Positions 47,768 to 57,790 of a DNA stretch of 63,948 nucleotides are shown here, piece by piece. The notes beneath the pieces are model-generated. The model was not told the origin of the DNA and did not search any database. It worked only from the letters and a program-made list of their open reading frames with translations. A program made the translations under genes and the position numbers. Positions within the stretch are counted from its first letter, which is position 1. Every line of letters begins with the position of its first letter. The stretch is from a virus (Duplodnaviria > Caudoviricetes), in the IMG/VR virus record IMGVR_UViG_3300050343_000213, positions 1-63,948 of that record, one strand, 5' to 3'.

Positions 47768-50700
47768 ATGACTGATCCAAAATTAAAAGATCAATTACTG
47801 GAATTACAAAACCAAGTGGGTGCATTAGAGCCTATTGATAATTCTCAAGAAGCTATATTACTCAGAAGGCAATTAAAAAAAGTTGAAGCACAAATCTTAG
47901 CATCGGAAACAACTGAAACTCAGGAATTGGAAGAGGTTGAGGTTACAGGCGAAGCTTCTAAGGAAGTTAAAAAAGCCTTAAAAGGCGCGGAAGAGTTCAA
48001 GGCTATACCTGAAAATACAACTGCAGAGTCTGAAAAAACCAATATTGCTTTAAAAGAATTTAACTTAAAAAATATAGGGGGCTCACTGCAGCCGCAGCTA
48101 AGCTACACAGATGCTGAAGGCAATATTAAAGAAGGAAGGGAACAATACTTTCCTGTAAAAAAAGACGCTCAGGGTAATGAATTAAGTTGGCAAGGTTATT
48201 CTTGGCAAAGGGGTAAAGCTAAATTTAAAAATGATTATGATACTGACTTAAAGCTCGCTTTTGGAAGTGAGGAGAAAGCAAATAGATGGAAGGGTATGGT
48301 TGCTGCCGCTAAAACCGACGGAGTAACTTTAAATGAAGATAATATTGGTGCTTACTTTGATTTAACTAAAGTTTCTGAAGAAACAAAAAACGAGGTAGTT
48401 TCTGATGCTAAAAGAAAAAAGTCCGAAGTATTTTTAAGAGATTATGGGCCTAAGCAAAGAAATATAATAAAAAGAGAAACATTACAGGGCAGAGATTTAA
48501 AATCAGAAGAAAAAGATTTAACTAATCAATACGATGATTTTACAAAAGATTACGATGTTTTCTCGGAAACCAAAGGTATACTTGATAGCGATATTAAAAA
48601 TTACAATAAAGAAAGAGAGACCCTTGAAAATAAAATTAAAAATTATTCCGAAAATGAAAACCCCACTGTTAAAGAAATACAAGAAAAAAATGCTTTAATT
48701 AAAGAAATTAAAGATTTTGAATCAAAAGATTTATACAGTGAGTTAAATAAAAGATGGGAAGATCTTAATGGACAAAGAGCGGCTATTAATGAAAGGCTGC
48801 AATTGTTAAACGATAAATCTACTGAGCTAGGTGATTTAAACGTCATGTCTAGCGCATTATCTAAATCTTACGAGTTAGGTGATAGGTTTAGTTTAGCTAT
48901 GGAGGAGGCTTTCTTAGGGGCGCCTGCTATGTTGGGCGGATCTATACTAAAAGGTGTTGGAGATGTTGGTTTATTCTTTTCGTTAAAAGAAGGCTACTCT
49001 AAAGAAGCCTTTCAAGAGCACGCGACAAATGCTAAGTGGTACAGAGATTTAGTGGCTGCTAAAACAGCGGCCGTAGATTATAATCAAAGATTAGGAAATA
49101 TAAGAAAAAATACACTACCCGAAAGATTAAAAACAGGTGAAGGAAAAGGAAGTGATTATTGGGGAGAAATGCTTATGGATAATTCACCATCTATTTTAAC
49201 AGCGTTTGGCACTATGGGTTATACGGGTTTAGCAACAGCCGGGGCTTCTGGAATAGCAAGAGCTACAGCCGTAAAGCAAGCAACTAATTTGGCTACAGGC
49301 GCATTTTTTACTATGGAAGCTGGTGGACAAATGTCTGCTTTAGAGATTGCACAAAGAGATGCCCCTAAGATTATAGCTAGCCTAGAGATAGACCTTAAAA
49401 AAGCGAAAGGATCAACACAAAAGAACGAAATTTTAAAACAAATAGAAGATCAAAAAAATATAGCTAGTCTTTCTCAATGGCAAAAATCTTTAAACAGTGT
49501 AGCTTACGGAGGTATAGCATCGCTTGCAGAAAGATTTGGTACATTAAAATTTGTAAGTGATTTTAATAAATATTCTAAAGCAATAGGAAGAACAAAGCTT
49601 GAAAAATTTGTTAGCCCCTCAGTAGCTAGGGTTACTAGCAAAGGCTTAGGTGTTATAAGAGGTGTTGGAATTGGAGCTGGTATTGAACTTATAGAAGAGG
49701 GTCCAATAACTCAAGTAGGGCATAACTTTAGTGATATAGTTTTGCTTAATCAAAACAAAAGTTTGATAGAGGGTATTGACAAAGAATTTGTTAAAAGTAC
49801 TTTAGCCACGTCCTTAGCAATTTCAGGACCTAGCATGAGCCAAAATTTATATTCAGCATTTGCGAACGAAGTTAAGTTAAGAAGTGAGGCAAAAGAAGAA
49901 GGTAGATTCAGAGACGAACTTTTGTCAGTGGAAAAAGCTATGCAAGGCCTCGATAAAAGAACAAAACCTTACAGAGATCTTTGGAATAAAAAACAGCAAA
50001 TAATAGCTGGAGCCGCTGCTTTGAATAGCGATATAGTATTGAAAACAGAAAGAATGGACGTTAAGGATATTGAAACTGTTTTTAACAATGGAGCTAGGAT
50101 AAGAGAGTTAATATCCGAAGGAAAAGAGTTAGGTAGTGATTTAAATATAGATGATTACACTAAATCAAGATCTGAAGATATTCAAAAAGAAGCTCAAACT
50201 TTATTTGATGCTAACCAAAAAATATTAAACAAAGAGCAGGACGCTTTTGAAAAAATGTTTAAAGATGCGCCTAATAAAGTTGAATCTATAATAAACAAAA
50301 CTAGGTTTGAAAATACAAAATCTCTAGTTAGAGGTATGAAGGGCATTGATCTTGTTGAAATAAATGATCCTAAAAATTTAGAAGCTTTTATTAAAGAAAA
50401 TAACTTTACAGCTAAACAAGAAAAATCTATAAGAGATGGTTTTAACAACGCTTCTGCTATAAATATTGATAACAAAGCTGTTGTATTTAACATGAACGCC
50501 GATTTGGTTTTTCAAGCAATATCAGGGGTTGAAGCTAAAATAGCCTCTGTTTCAGTGCTTCATGAGGTTGGTCATATACAAACTAGAAAAGCTGGTATTA
50601 TTAAAGATAATAAATTAGCCAAAGAAGGATCTAAGTTGGTTGAGAACATTATGCTTGATATTAATAATCGTTTTTTAGCTGGCAAGCTATCTAAAGAAAA

Positions 50701-53700
50701 TTATAAAATTTTTGAAGATAGAATGCAACGATATAAAGAACAAAACGATGGGGAAATTGACGCAGATGAATTGTTGCAATTAGTTGGAGACTTTCAATTT
50801 TTAAATATATTACCAAGAAGTTCTTTTGCTGAAATACACAATGCAAAAACATTCGTTAATTTACTATTAAAGAAATTTAACGGAGATCATGCATCTTTCT
50901 TTGGTGTTGAAACAGCTAACGACGCTTACAATTTTGTAACAAGTTGGCAACAAAAAGCTATTGCCCAAGAAACTACGGGTGAAGAAGAAGACGAGCAAAT
51001 AAAAACTGTAAAACCCTCTTTATCTGAGGCGGCAATGGAAAAAAGCTTCACTGCTCTTAATGAAATAAAAACTAAAGAGGAATTTCTGTCCCCAAAAGGG
51101 CAAAGGGTAGTTAACACTGAGCTAAGAGCCATGGCACAGGTTAAGGCTAATAGATTTAATTTATCTTCTGAAGCCAAAGAGTCGTTAGCCTCGGAAATTT
51201 TTATAACAACGCTTGAAGACATAACAAGAAATCCTTATAATCCTAAAAATGAAAAAAGTCAGTTATCTGGTTATTTAAACAAAAGAGCGGGGTATTCTTT
51301 ACAAGACATACAAATTGCAGATTATAAATTGCCACCAAATCAAAGACAATTTTTTAGTAAAATCAGTAATAAAGAAGTTGAGGATTTTAAAACAACACTT
51401 TTAGATGCTCCAGCCCCAAGCACTAAATCTGAAGCTCCTAAATATAGAAAAATAAAAGACAGTAAAATATTTCCGCCAAATGTTATAAATAGTGTTAAAA
51501 ATAAACTTTTACAAACAGTAAGGGTTTTAAAATCTAGAATAGACGCTATAACAACTATAAACAAAAGTGTTAAACCTATTGTAGCTGAAATTAAAAAAGA
51601 AATGGGCAAACAGGGGGATATTGACATTAAGACATATATGGGCACTATGAAAACAGGCCTAAAGTCAAACTTTTTGAAAGCAAAAAAAGCTACCCTTGAA
51701 AATGCTCCTACAACATGGCTTGCCACAGCAATGCCTTTTGCAGTACAAAAGTCTGTAGGGGGAGTTTTTACTGACCAAGACATAAAAGATCCTATAACTG
51801 GCAAGGTTGTTGGAAAAGTTTTTAAACCAAATTACACTAGCGATTGGCAAGGAAAGAAAATAGATAGGGTTAAAAGCTCTACCGACGCAGCAGGCAATAC
51901 TTCGGGAAATCAATTTATACGAAGATTACCGAATGTAGATAAAAACGTATCTAACGAGCAGTACATGACATACATACTTGATAAGAACGGAAAGCTAATA
52001 GCGGGTAGAAAAGAATCTTGGTCAAAAATGACAGCTGAAGAAATGGCCTTTGAAATTTTTGAAGAAGATATAAATGATGCAAATAGCGAATTAACAAAAG
52101 CTTTTGAAAAAAATCAAAAAGCATTGAGCGTTACATTAGCTGATAACTATGTAGAAACTCTCCAAAAAGATATTGAGAGAGGTACAGTTAAAAGTTCCAT
52201 TGCGCCTGCGTTTATAGAAGGAACAAAGTATTTATTTAAACAATCGCTAAAAAAGGGAGTTGATGAAGTTATTGACGAGAATGGTAAGGCTTTAATAAAT
52301 TACGCCGATGGCAAACCTATAAATGAAGAAGCCGCTAGATATGTTAGAAGGGCTTTTGATAAAAGTTTAATACAAGATTTTAAAGTGTTAGCTTATTTAC
52401 AATCAGTGAAGTTTTCATCAAAAATTCCTAAAGACGTTATAAACAAGGTTGGGAAAGCATTAACTAAAAATAGTGATAAAATATTATTAGATAATTTTGC
52501 AAAAGACATGCGTGTTGTTGCTAACCTATTAGGGTCTGATATTACAGATATAATTGGATTTGATGGTCTTGGATTTTTTAATAGATTATTAGATTCTGCT
52601 GAAACTAAAAAAGATGACAATGGAAATATAATACCTGGTGCTAAAGGTAAATATTTTGATTTTCTTAATAAAACTAAAAACAATCAACCAAAAAGTAAAG
52701 ATTTACCAGACAATTTAGATTTATCGCTTGTAAGCCCTATCAATTCTAAGTTTGGCGTTATGGCAAAAGTCGCTAGAATTTTAGAATCACCGATTAAAGC
52801 TGAGAAAAAATTGCAAAAATATGAAAAATTTATTGGCGAAATTGATGCAGCTAATTTACACAATAAAATATTAGCAAAACATATAATAGGTAAACTTGTT
52901 GATGCCGTTAAAACAAATAAGATAAAACCAGAATCATTAATTTATATGCTCCAAGCCCAAACTAATGCAACTAAAGGGCTACGATCTTTGACTGGGTTTA
53001 AATATATAACATTTAAAGATGGACCTCAAGGTAATCAAAAGGGGGAACATTTAGCGGACAACGCCGGGACTATGTTTGAAATTGCTGAGCTTGCTTTTAC
53101 AGAAGACAGTGATTTAAAAACAAATAACGAAATAGATAACATTCTTGAATACCATGATCAATGGCTCGAAAATAGAGATTTATTAGATGTTATAGATATT
53201 TTTGGTAAAAATAATCCTTTTAAAGATTTAAGGATGATGCTCCTTACAGAAAGTCAGCTTAGAGATGTTTACACTCATGACGGTAAACTTGCTATTGAAT
53301 TAATTGCAGCAAGAGAAGAGGCTATTAAAATTAAAGTCAGAGCACAAAAAAAATTAGCTGCTAAACCTAAAAAAGAAGCTGTTGTTAAATCTTCTATCGC
53401 GCCTGATTTAAGTAAAGGTTTAAATGAAATGATAGCTAGACAAAAAGGTGTTAAGCCAGAAGCTGTGTATTCTAAAGTTGTAGCAAGAAAGAAAGGCGTT
53501 AACAAGGGAAAATATAAATTCTTTTTACCTTCTACAGCAGAAGATTTTAGAGGATTAACACAATACACTTTTGCTGGTAAGGGAAAACAAGGAGAAGCAG
53601 ATCAAAAGTTTTTTGAAGATAATTTAGTTAAACCTTATTTAAAAGGTATATCAGCTATGGAATCTCAAAAGCAGGCGCTTAAAAATGATTATTCCGGTTT

Positions 53701-55594
53701 ATTAAAATCATTTCCAAAAGTTAAAAAAATACTAAATAAAGAAATTGCAGAAACTGGATTTACAAACGATCAGGCTGTAAGAATTTATTTATATAATAAA
53801 TCTGGCTTTGAAGTTCCGGGTATATCCAAAAGAGATAAAAATGCTTTATTATCCGCTGTTAATAATTCTCCTGATCTTAAAGGCTTTGCAGACACACTAC
53901 AAATAATATCTCAAAGAGATCAATGGGTTGAACCATCTGAATTCTGGGACGTTGGAAGTGTTTTAAAAGATCTTAATGAGCTTTCAGAAAACGTTAGTAG
54001 GAAAGACTATCTTGAAGAATTTATAACCAATGCGGACCAAATTTTTAATGAAGACAATTTAAATAAAGTTGAAGCGTTGTATGGTTCAAGGCACAGAGAA
54101 GCTCTTGAGGATATTATAAGAAGAATGAAAAGTGGAAGCAATAGACCCGGTAATCCCGATAGATTAACTGGTGCTTGGCTTGACTGGGTTAATAATTCTG
54201 TAGGTACTATAATGTTCTTTAATAGAAGATCAGCTTTATTACAGATGTTATCGTTTACTAACTTCGTTAACTGGTCAGATAATAATCCGCTGATGGCTGC
54301 AAAAGCATTTGCAAATCAACCAGCGTACTGGTCAGCATGGGCAAAAATATTTAATTCAGATAAACTAAAGCAAAGAAGAGGTGGTTTAAAATCCGATGTA
54401 CAAGAGCAGGAGATAGCTAGCCAAGCTAAGAACGCTAAAGATAAATACAGTGCAGCTGTTTCTTATTTATTAAAAATTGGTTTTACACCAACACAAATAG
54501 CGGATAGTATGGCTATTGCAACAGGAGGTGCTACATTCCTAATAAATAGAACTAACACTTACGTTAAACAAGGCATGTCGAAAGCGGATGCTGAAGCAAA
54601 AGCGTTTGAAGACTTCAGTGCAATATCAGATGAGACACAACAGTCTGGGGATCCTATGTTAATATCTAAACAACAATCAAGTCATCTTGGTAGATTAATA
54701 TTAGCATTTCAAAATACACCAATGCAGTATACTCGATTAATGAAGAAGGCTGGTCAAGATTTAATTAATAGAAGGGGTGATGCTAAAACAAATATTAGTA
54801 AAATAATTTATTATGGATTTGTGCAGAATTTAATTTTTTCCACACTACAAAATGCATTGTTTGCATTACTCCCAGAGTTTGATCCAGATGATGAAGACGA
54901 AGAAAAATTCCAAAAAGTTATCAATACAAAACAAGAAAGAATTATGAATAGTATGGTTGATACTATATTAAGGGGTAGCGGGTTGGCTGGTGCCGTAGTG
55001 TCGACATTAAAAAATACTATCAACGAATATTATAGACAAGAGGAAAGAGGATCGTTTATGGCAGATCACACTTATACTTTATTGCAATTAGCAAATGTAT
55101 CTCCACCAATTGGCTCAAAACTTAGAAAAGTTTATGGCGCAATACAAACTAAAAAATTTGATACAGATGTTATAGATGCTAGAGGCGCTGCTCTTGATAG
55201 TCCTGCATACGAAGTTATTGGTAATTTATTATCAGCTGGTTTAAACATACCACTCGATAGGGCTATTTCAGAAATAAGAGGCATTACAGAGGCTTTAGAC
55301 GATAGAAACACTGCTTACCAAAGATTAGCTTTAGGTTTAGGATGGAGAACGTGGGATGTCAATGTTAAGAATGAGGAGCACGAATTAATAAAAACTACTG
55401 CTAAAAAGAAACGAAAAGAGGAAGGGAAAATTAGAGCCGCGGAAACAAGGAAAGAAAACAAAAAATTAAAAGGTGAAATTTTAATTAAATTAAGCAAAGA
55501 AAACCAAAAGGAATACAAAAAATATTTAGGATTATCTACAAAAGATAAGAATGCTTTTATAAGAGACGAAATAAAAAAACTAAAAAATAAATAA
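47768..55594 (+). CDS. Giant (2608 aa) putative injected virion protein with zincin-like HExxH motif
   Basis: SVLHEVGHIQT; hydrophobic G/A-rich segments; C-terminal ETQQSGDP...LILAFQNTPMQYTR. Confidence 0.65.
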   Translation: MTDPKLKDQLLELQNQVGALEPIDNSQEAILLRRQLKKVEAQILASETTETQELEEVEVTGEASKEVKKALKGAEEFKAIPENTTAESEKTNIALKEFNLKNIGGSLQPQLSYTDAEGNIKEGREQYFPVKKDAQGNELSWQGYSWQRGKAKFKNDYDTDLKLAFGSEEKANRWKGMVAAAKTDGVTLNEDNIGAYFDLTKVSEETKNEVVSDAKRKKSEVFLRDYGPKQRNIIKRETLQGRDLKSEEKDLTNQYDDFTKDYDVFSETKGILDSDIKNYNKERETLENKIKNYSENENPTVKEIQEKNALIKEIKDFESKDLYSELNKRWEDLNGQRAAINERLQLLNDKSTELGDLNVMSSALSKSYELGDRFSLAMEEAFLGAPAMLGGSILKGVGDVGLFFSLKEGYSKEAFQEHATNAKWYRDLVAAKTAAVDYNQRLGNIRKNTLPERLKTGEGKGSDYWGEMLMDNSPSILTAFGTMGYTGLATAGASGIARATAVKQATNLATGAFFTMEAGGQMSALEIAQRDAPKIIASLEIDLKKAKGSTQKNEILKQIEDQKNIASLSQWQKSLNSVAYGGIASLAERFGTLKFVSDFNKYSKAIGRTKLEKFVSPSVARVTSKGLGVIRGVGIGAGIELIEEGPITQVGHNFSDIVLLNQNKSLIEGIDKEFVKSTLATSLAISGPSMSQNLYSAFANEVKLRSEAKEEGRFRDELLSVEKAMQGLDKRTKPYRDLWNKKQQIIAGAAALNSDIVLKTERMDVKDIETVFNNGARIRELISEGKELGSDLNIDDYTKSRSEDIQKEAQTLFDANQKILNKEQDAFEKMFKDAPNKVESIINKTRFENTKSLVRGMKGIDLVEINDPKNLEAFIKENNFTAKQEKSIRDGFNNASAINIDNKAVVFNMNADLVFQAISGVEAKIASVSVLHEVGHIQTRKAGIIKDNKLAKEGSKLVENIMLDINNRFLAGKLSKENYKIFEDRMQRYKEQNDGEIDADELLQLVGDFQFLNILPRSSFAEIHNAKTFVNLLLKKFNGDHASFFGVETANDAYNFVTSWQQKAIAQETTGEEEDEQIKTVKPSLSEAAMEKSFTALNEIKTKEEFLSPKGQRVVNTELRAMAQVKANRFNLSSEAKESLASEIFITTLEDITRNPYNPKNEKSQLSGYLNKRAGYSLQDIQIADYKLPPNQRQFFSKISNKEVEDFKTTLLDAPAPSTKSEAPKYRKIKDSKIFPPNVINSVKNKLLQTVRVLKSRIDAITTINKSVKPIVAEIKKEMGKQGDIDIKTYMGTMKTGLKSNFLKAKKATLENAPTTWLATAMPFAVQKSVGGVFTDQDIKDPITGKVVGKVFKPNYTSDWQGKKIDRVKSSTDAAGNTSGNQFIRRLPNVDKNVSNEQYMTYILDKNGKLIAGRKESWSKMTAEEMAFEIFEEDINDANSELTKAFEKNQKALSVTLADNYVETLQKDIERGTVKSSIAPAFIEGTKYLFKQSLKKGVDEVIDENGKALINYADGKPINEEAARYVRRAFDKSLIQDFKVLAYLQSVKFSSKIPKDVINKVGKALTKNSDKILLDNFAKDMRVVANLLGSDITDIIGFDGLGFFNRLLDSAETKKDDNGNIIPGAKGKYFDFLNKTKNNQPKSKDLPDNLDLSLVSPINSKFGVMAKVARILESPIKAEKKLQKYEKFIGEIDAANLHNKILAKHIIGKLVDAVKTNKIKPESLIYMLQAQTNATKGLRSLTGFKYITFKDGPQGNQKGEHLADNAGTMFEIAELAFTEDSDLKTNNEIDNILEYHDQWLENRDLLDVIDIFGKNNPFKDLRMMLLTESQLRDVYTHDGKLAIELIAAREEAIKIKVRAQKKLAAKPKKEAVVKSSIAPDLSKGLNEMIARQKGVKPEAVYSKVVARKKGVNKGKYKFFLPSTAEDFRGLTQYTFAGKGKQGEADQKFFEDNLVKPYLKGISAMESQKQALKNDYSGLLKSFPKVKKILNKEIAETGFTNDQAVRIYLYNKSGFEVPGISKRDKNALLSAVNNSPDLKGFADTLQIISQRDQWVEPSEFWDVGSVLKDLNELSENVSRKDYLEEFITNADQIFNEDNLNKVEALYGSRHREALEDIIRRMKSGSNRPGNPDRLTGAWLDWVNNSVGTIMFFNRRSALLQMLSFTNFVNWSDNNPLMAAKAFANQPAYWSAWAKIFNSDKLKQRRGGLKSDVQEQEIASQAKNAKDKYSAAVSYLLKIGFTPTQIADSMAIATGGATFLINRTNTYVKQGMSKADAEAKAFEDFSAISDETQQSGDPMLISKQQSSHLGRLILAFQNTPMQYTRLMKKAGQDLINRRGDAKTNISKIIYYGFVQNLIFSTLQNALFALLPEFDPDDEDEEKFQKVINTKQERIMNSMVDTILRGSGLAGAVVSTLKNTINEYYRQEERGSFMADHTYTLLQLANVSPPIGSKLRKVYGAIQTKKFDTDVIDARGAALDSPAYEVIGNLLSAGLNIPLDRAISEIRGITEALDDRNTAYQRLALGLGWRTWDVNVKNEEHELIKTTAKKKRKEEGKIRAAETRKENKKLKGEILIKLSKENQKEYKKYLGLSTKDKNAFIRDEIKKLKNK

Positions 55595-55596
55595 TT

Positions 55597-55728
55597 ATGC
55601 CAAAAGATGCGTGTTACAAAAAAGTTAAAGCAAGATACAAAGTATTTCCATCCGCTTATGCAAGTGGAGCTATTGCAAAGTGCAGAAAGAAGGGCGCTAG
55701 CAATTGGGGAAACAAAAGTAAAAAGTAA
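55597..55728 (+). CDS. 43-aa basic protein
   Basis: MPKDACYKKVKARYKVFPSAYASGAIAKCRKKGASNWGNKSKK. Confidence 0.65.
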   Translation: MPKDACYKKVKARYKVFPSAYASGAIAKCRKKGASNWGNKSKK

Positions 55729-56006
55729 TGGCTGTTAGAAAAACAAAGAAAGGTGCTTCGTTAAAGCGCTGGTTTAAAGAGAAGTGGGTAGATGTTAGAA
55801 CAGGTAAACCTTGCGGTAGAACAAAAGGAGATGGAAGAGGTGTGCCTTATTGTAGGCCCAGTAAAAGAGTATCTGGTAAAACACCAAAAACATCTGGTGA
55901 AATGTCTTCATCTGAAAAAGCAAAAAAGATTAGAGAAAAGAAAAGCTTGGGCCAACCGAAAGGCAAGCCACGAAGAGTAAAAAACGTTAAAAGGAATAAA
56001 AAATAG
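55728..56006 (+). CDS. Small basic phage protein
   Basis: SLKRWFKEKWVDV...PCGR...PYCRPSKRVS. Confidence 0.7.
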   Translation: MAVRKTKKGASLKRWFKEKWVDVRTGKPCGRTKGDGRGVPYCRPSKRVSGKTPKTSGEMSSSEKAKKIREKKSLGQPKGKPRRVKNVKRNKK

Positions 56007-56040
56007 GTGATTACATATATTATAGAAACTTAAAACAATT

Positions 56041-56322
56041 ATGGCTCAAAAAATTTCAGAGAACACAGAAGTACAATTAGATTTAAAAACGATTGGAATG
56101 TTGGTTGCGGGCGCAGTGAGTTTAGCAGCCATGTATTTTACTTTGCAAAAAGATATAGATCTTGCAAAAGAATTACCTAAACCAGAGGTGAGTAGAACAG
56201 AATATGATTTAAAAGATGAACTGGTTAGAACTACTATTATGGATATTGACGAAAAAGTTCAAGATAATAGTGAAAAACTAGATAAAATCGACGACAAACT
56301 GTTCACAATTATAAACAAATAA
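56041..56322 (+). CDS. Single-TM coiled-coil protein (lysis module)
   Basis: TM IGMLVAGAVSLAAMYFTL followed by heptads. Confidence 0.55.
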   Translation: MAQKISENTEVQLDLKTIGMLVAGAVSLAAMYFTLQKDIDLAKELPKPEVSRTEYDLKDELVRTTIMDIDEKVQDNSEKLDKIDDKLFTIINK

Positions 56323-56323
56323 A

Positions 56324-56638
56324 ATGAAAAAGATTCTAATAATATTAAGTTTACTCTTTACAATTGCAGGATATTCACAATACGAAGTACTGCACATCAA
56401 TTCTTCTTGGAATTCAAGACATAACCTCGACCTTGCAGGTCTTAAGTATGCTAAGGTAAAATATTTAATACTAGAAGAACAAACACCTTCATTTAGGCAA
56501 CAAATAAAATCTGTTCCAACTATTTTAGTTTTACACAATGGTAAACCTAAAGGACAATGGAGTGGTGGTATAGCATTGAAGTTAAAGATAACAAAGGAAG
56601 ATATAGAAAACCATATCGAAAGATTAAAAGCTCAATAG
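56324..56638 (+). CDS. Secreted thioredoxin-fold-like protein lacking CxxC
   Basis: Signal peptide; VLHINSSWN...IKSVPTILVLHNGK. Confidence 0.55.
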   Translation: MKKILIILSLLFTIAGYSQYEVLHINSSWNSRHNLDLAGLKYAKVKYLILEEQTPSFRQQIKSVPTILVLHNGKPKGQWSGGIALKLKITKEDIENHIERLKAQ

Positions 56639-57104
56639 ATGAGTAAGATAAGCGAGCACATAACAAAGAAAGAAGCCATATTTAGTGCGACTGCATTAAG
56701 GAAAGGTATAGAGAATGAGCCTGGAGAATACGAATTACAGAATATGGAACTTATTGCTGAAAAAGTATTTGAACCATTAAGAAAAGCTGTAAATGGCCCA
56801 ATAAAAATTAATTCATTCTTTCGTTCAGAAGAATTGAATAAAGGCAATCGGTGGAAGTAGTAAGTCACAACATTGCCAAGGAAGAGCAATGGATTTAGAT
56901 GACACTTACGGTTACATGTCTAATAAAGATATGTACCATTACATAAAAGAAAATTTAGATTTCGATCAAATGATTTGGGAATTTGGAACCGAAGATAACC
57001 CTTCTTGGGTTCATGTAAGTTATGTAGATGCTGATTCTAATAGAAAGCGTTGTTTAGAAGCTTACAAAGACGAGAACAATAAAACAAAATATAAAATAAT
57101 ATAA
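56639..57104 (+). CDS. Endolysin, peptidase M15A-like (one frameshift near 56843)
   Basis: Removing one base gives INSFFRSEELNKAIGGSSKSQHCQGRAMDLD...WVHVSY. Confidence 0.85.
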
Positions 57105-57759
57105 TGAAATTATGGAAAACTGTCCTTTTTGTAACGGCCACTCTGGTTGTTGTTAGTTGCGGAATACAAAAAACACCACCTGCACCACTATCAGGTCCCT
57201 GGTTAGATGTTCCTTCTACTGTTAAGATAGATACATTATCTTATACAAGATTAAATTGGAAGATGAGAAATAGCTTTACATTTAGATGGAACTACGCTAA
57301 GTTTGCATCTAATCAGCCGTTCTCATTTTATTCTTCTGCATCGTTTGCTAGATTTTGGAATCCGTTTAATTCTTTTGATATGTATTGGAATAGACATAAT
57401 TTCTGGTACGATTGGGCTTTTGGTTACCCTTATTTTAATTATCAAATACCAAGATATTATATGTATGAACAGCCTCGTAATGTAGCTGTAATGAAAGGAA
57501 GGAGAATAGTATTAGAAAAGTAAGAGAAGATAAAGTTAATATAGTAGCTAATAGATTAAGAAACGAAGTAAAGCTAAATAACAATAGACAAGAAAGAACA
57601 TGGAATAATAAAAACAAATTTGTTCCAAGAGAAAATCCTAATAATAATTTTAATTCTAAAATTACTCCAAGAGAAAATCCAAGGCCAGATATAAGACCAA
57701 GTAGATCTTTAGTTAATTCAACTAAAATATCTATGAGAACTCAAGTTAAAAATAAATAA
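57104..57759 (+). CDS. Lipoprotein (frameshift near 57510 likely)
   Basis: Lipobox VVSC; aromatic middle; an N/R/P-rich tail continues in another frame to TAA at 57759. Confidence 0.5.
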
Positions 57760-57762
57760 AAA

Positions 57763-57785
57763 AAGGGGCCTTAAAAAAGCCCCTT
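57763..57785. terminator. Terminator between the convergent arms
   Basis: AAGGGGC...GCCCCTT stem with a long A run on the left (U-tract for the minus strand). Confidence 0.7.
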
Positions 57786-57790
57786 AAATT

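Noticed and set aside
48230-48250. DYDTD in the giant protein as an RNA polymerase DxDxD active site
   Set aside because: It lies near the variable N-terminus without a recognisable double-psi-barrel context; likely chance in an Asp-rich protein.
9254-55518. Many minus-strand ORFs inside the structural genes
   Set aside because: They are antisense shadows of long plus-strand genes with biased codons and carry no independent motifs.
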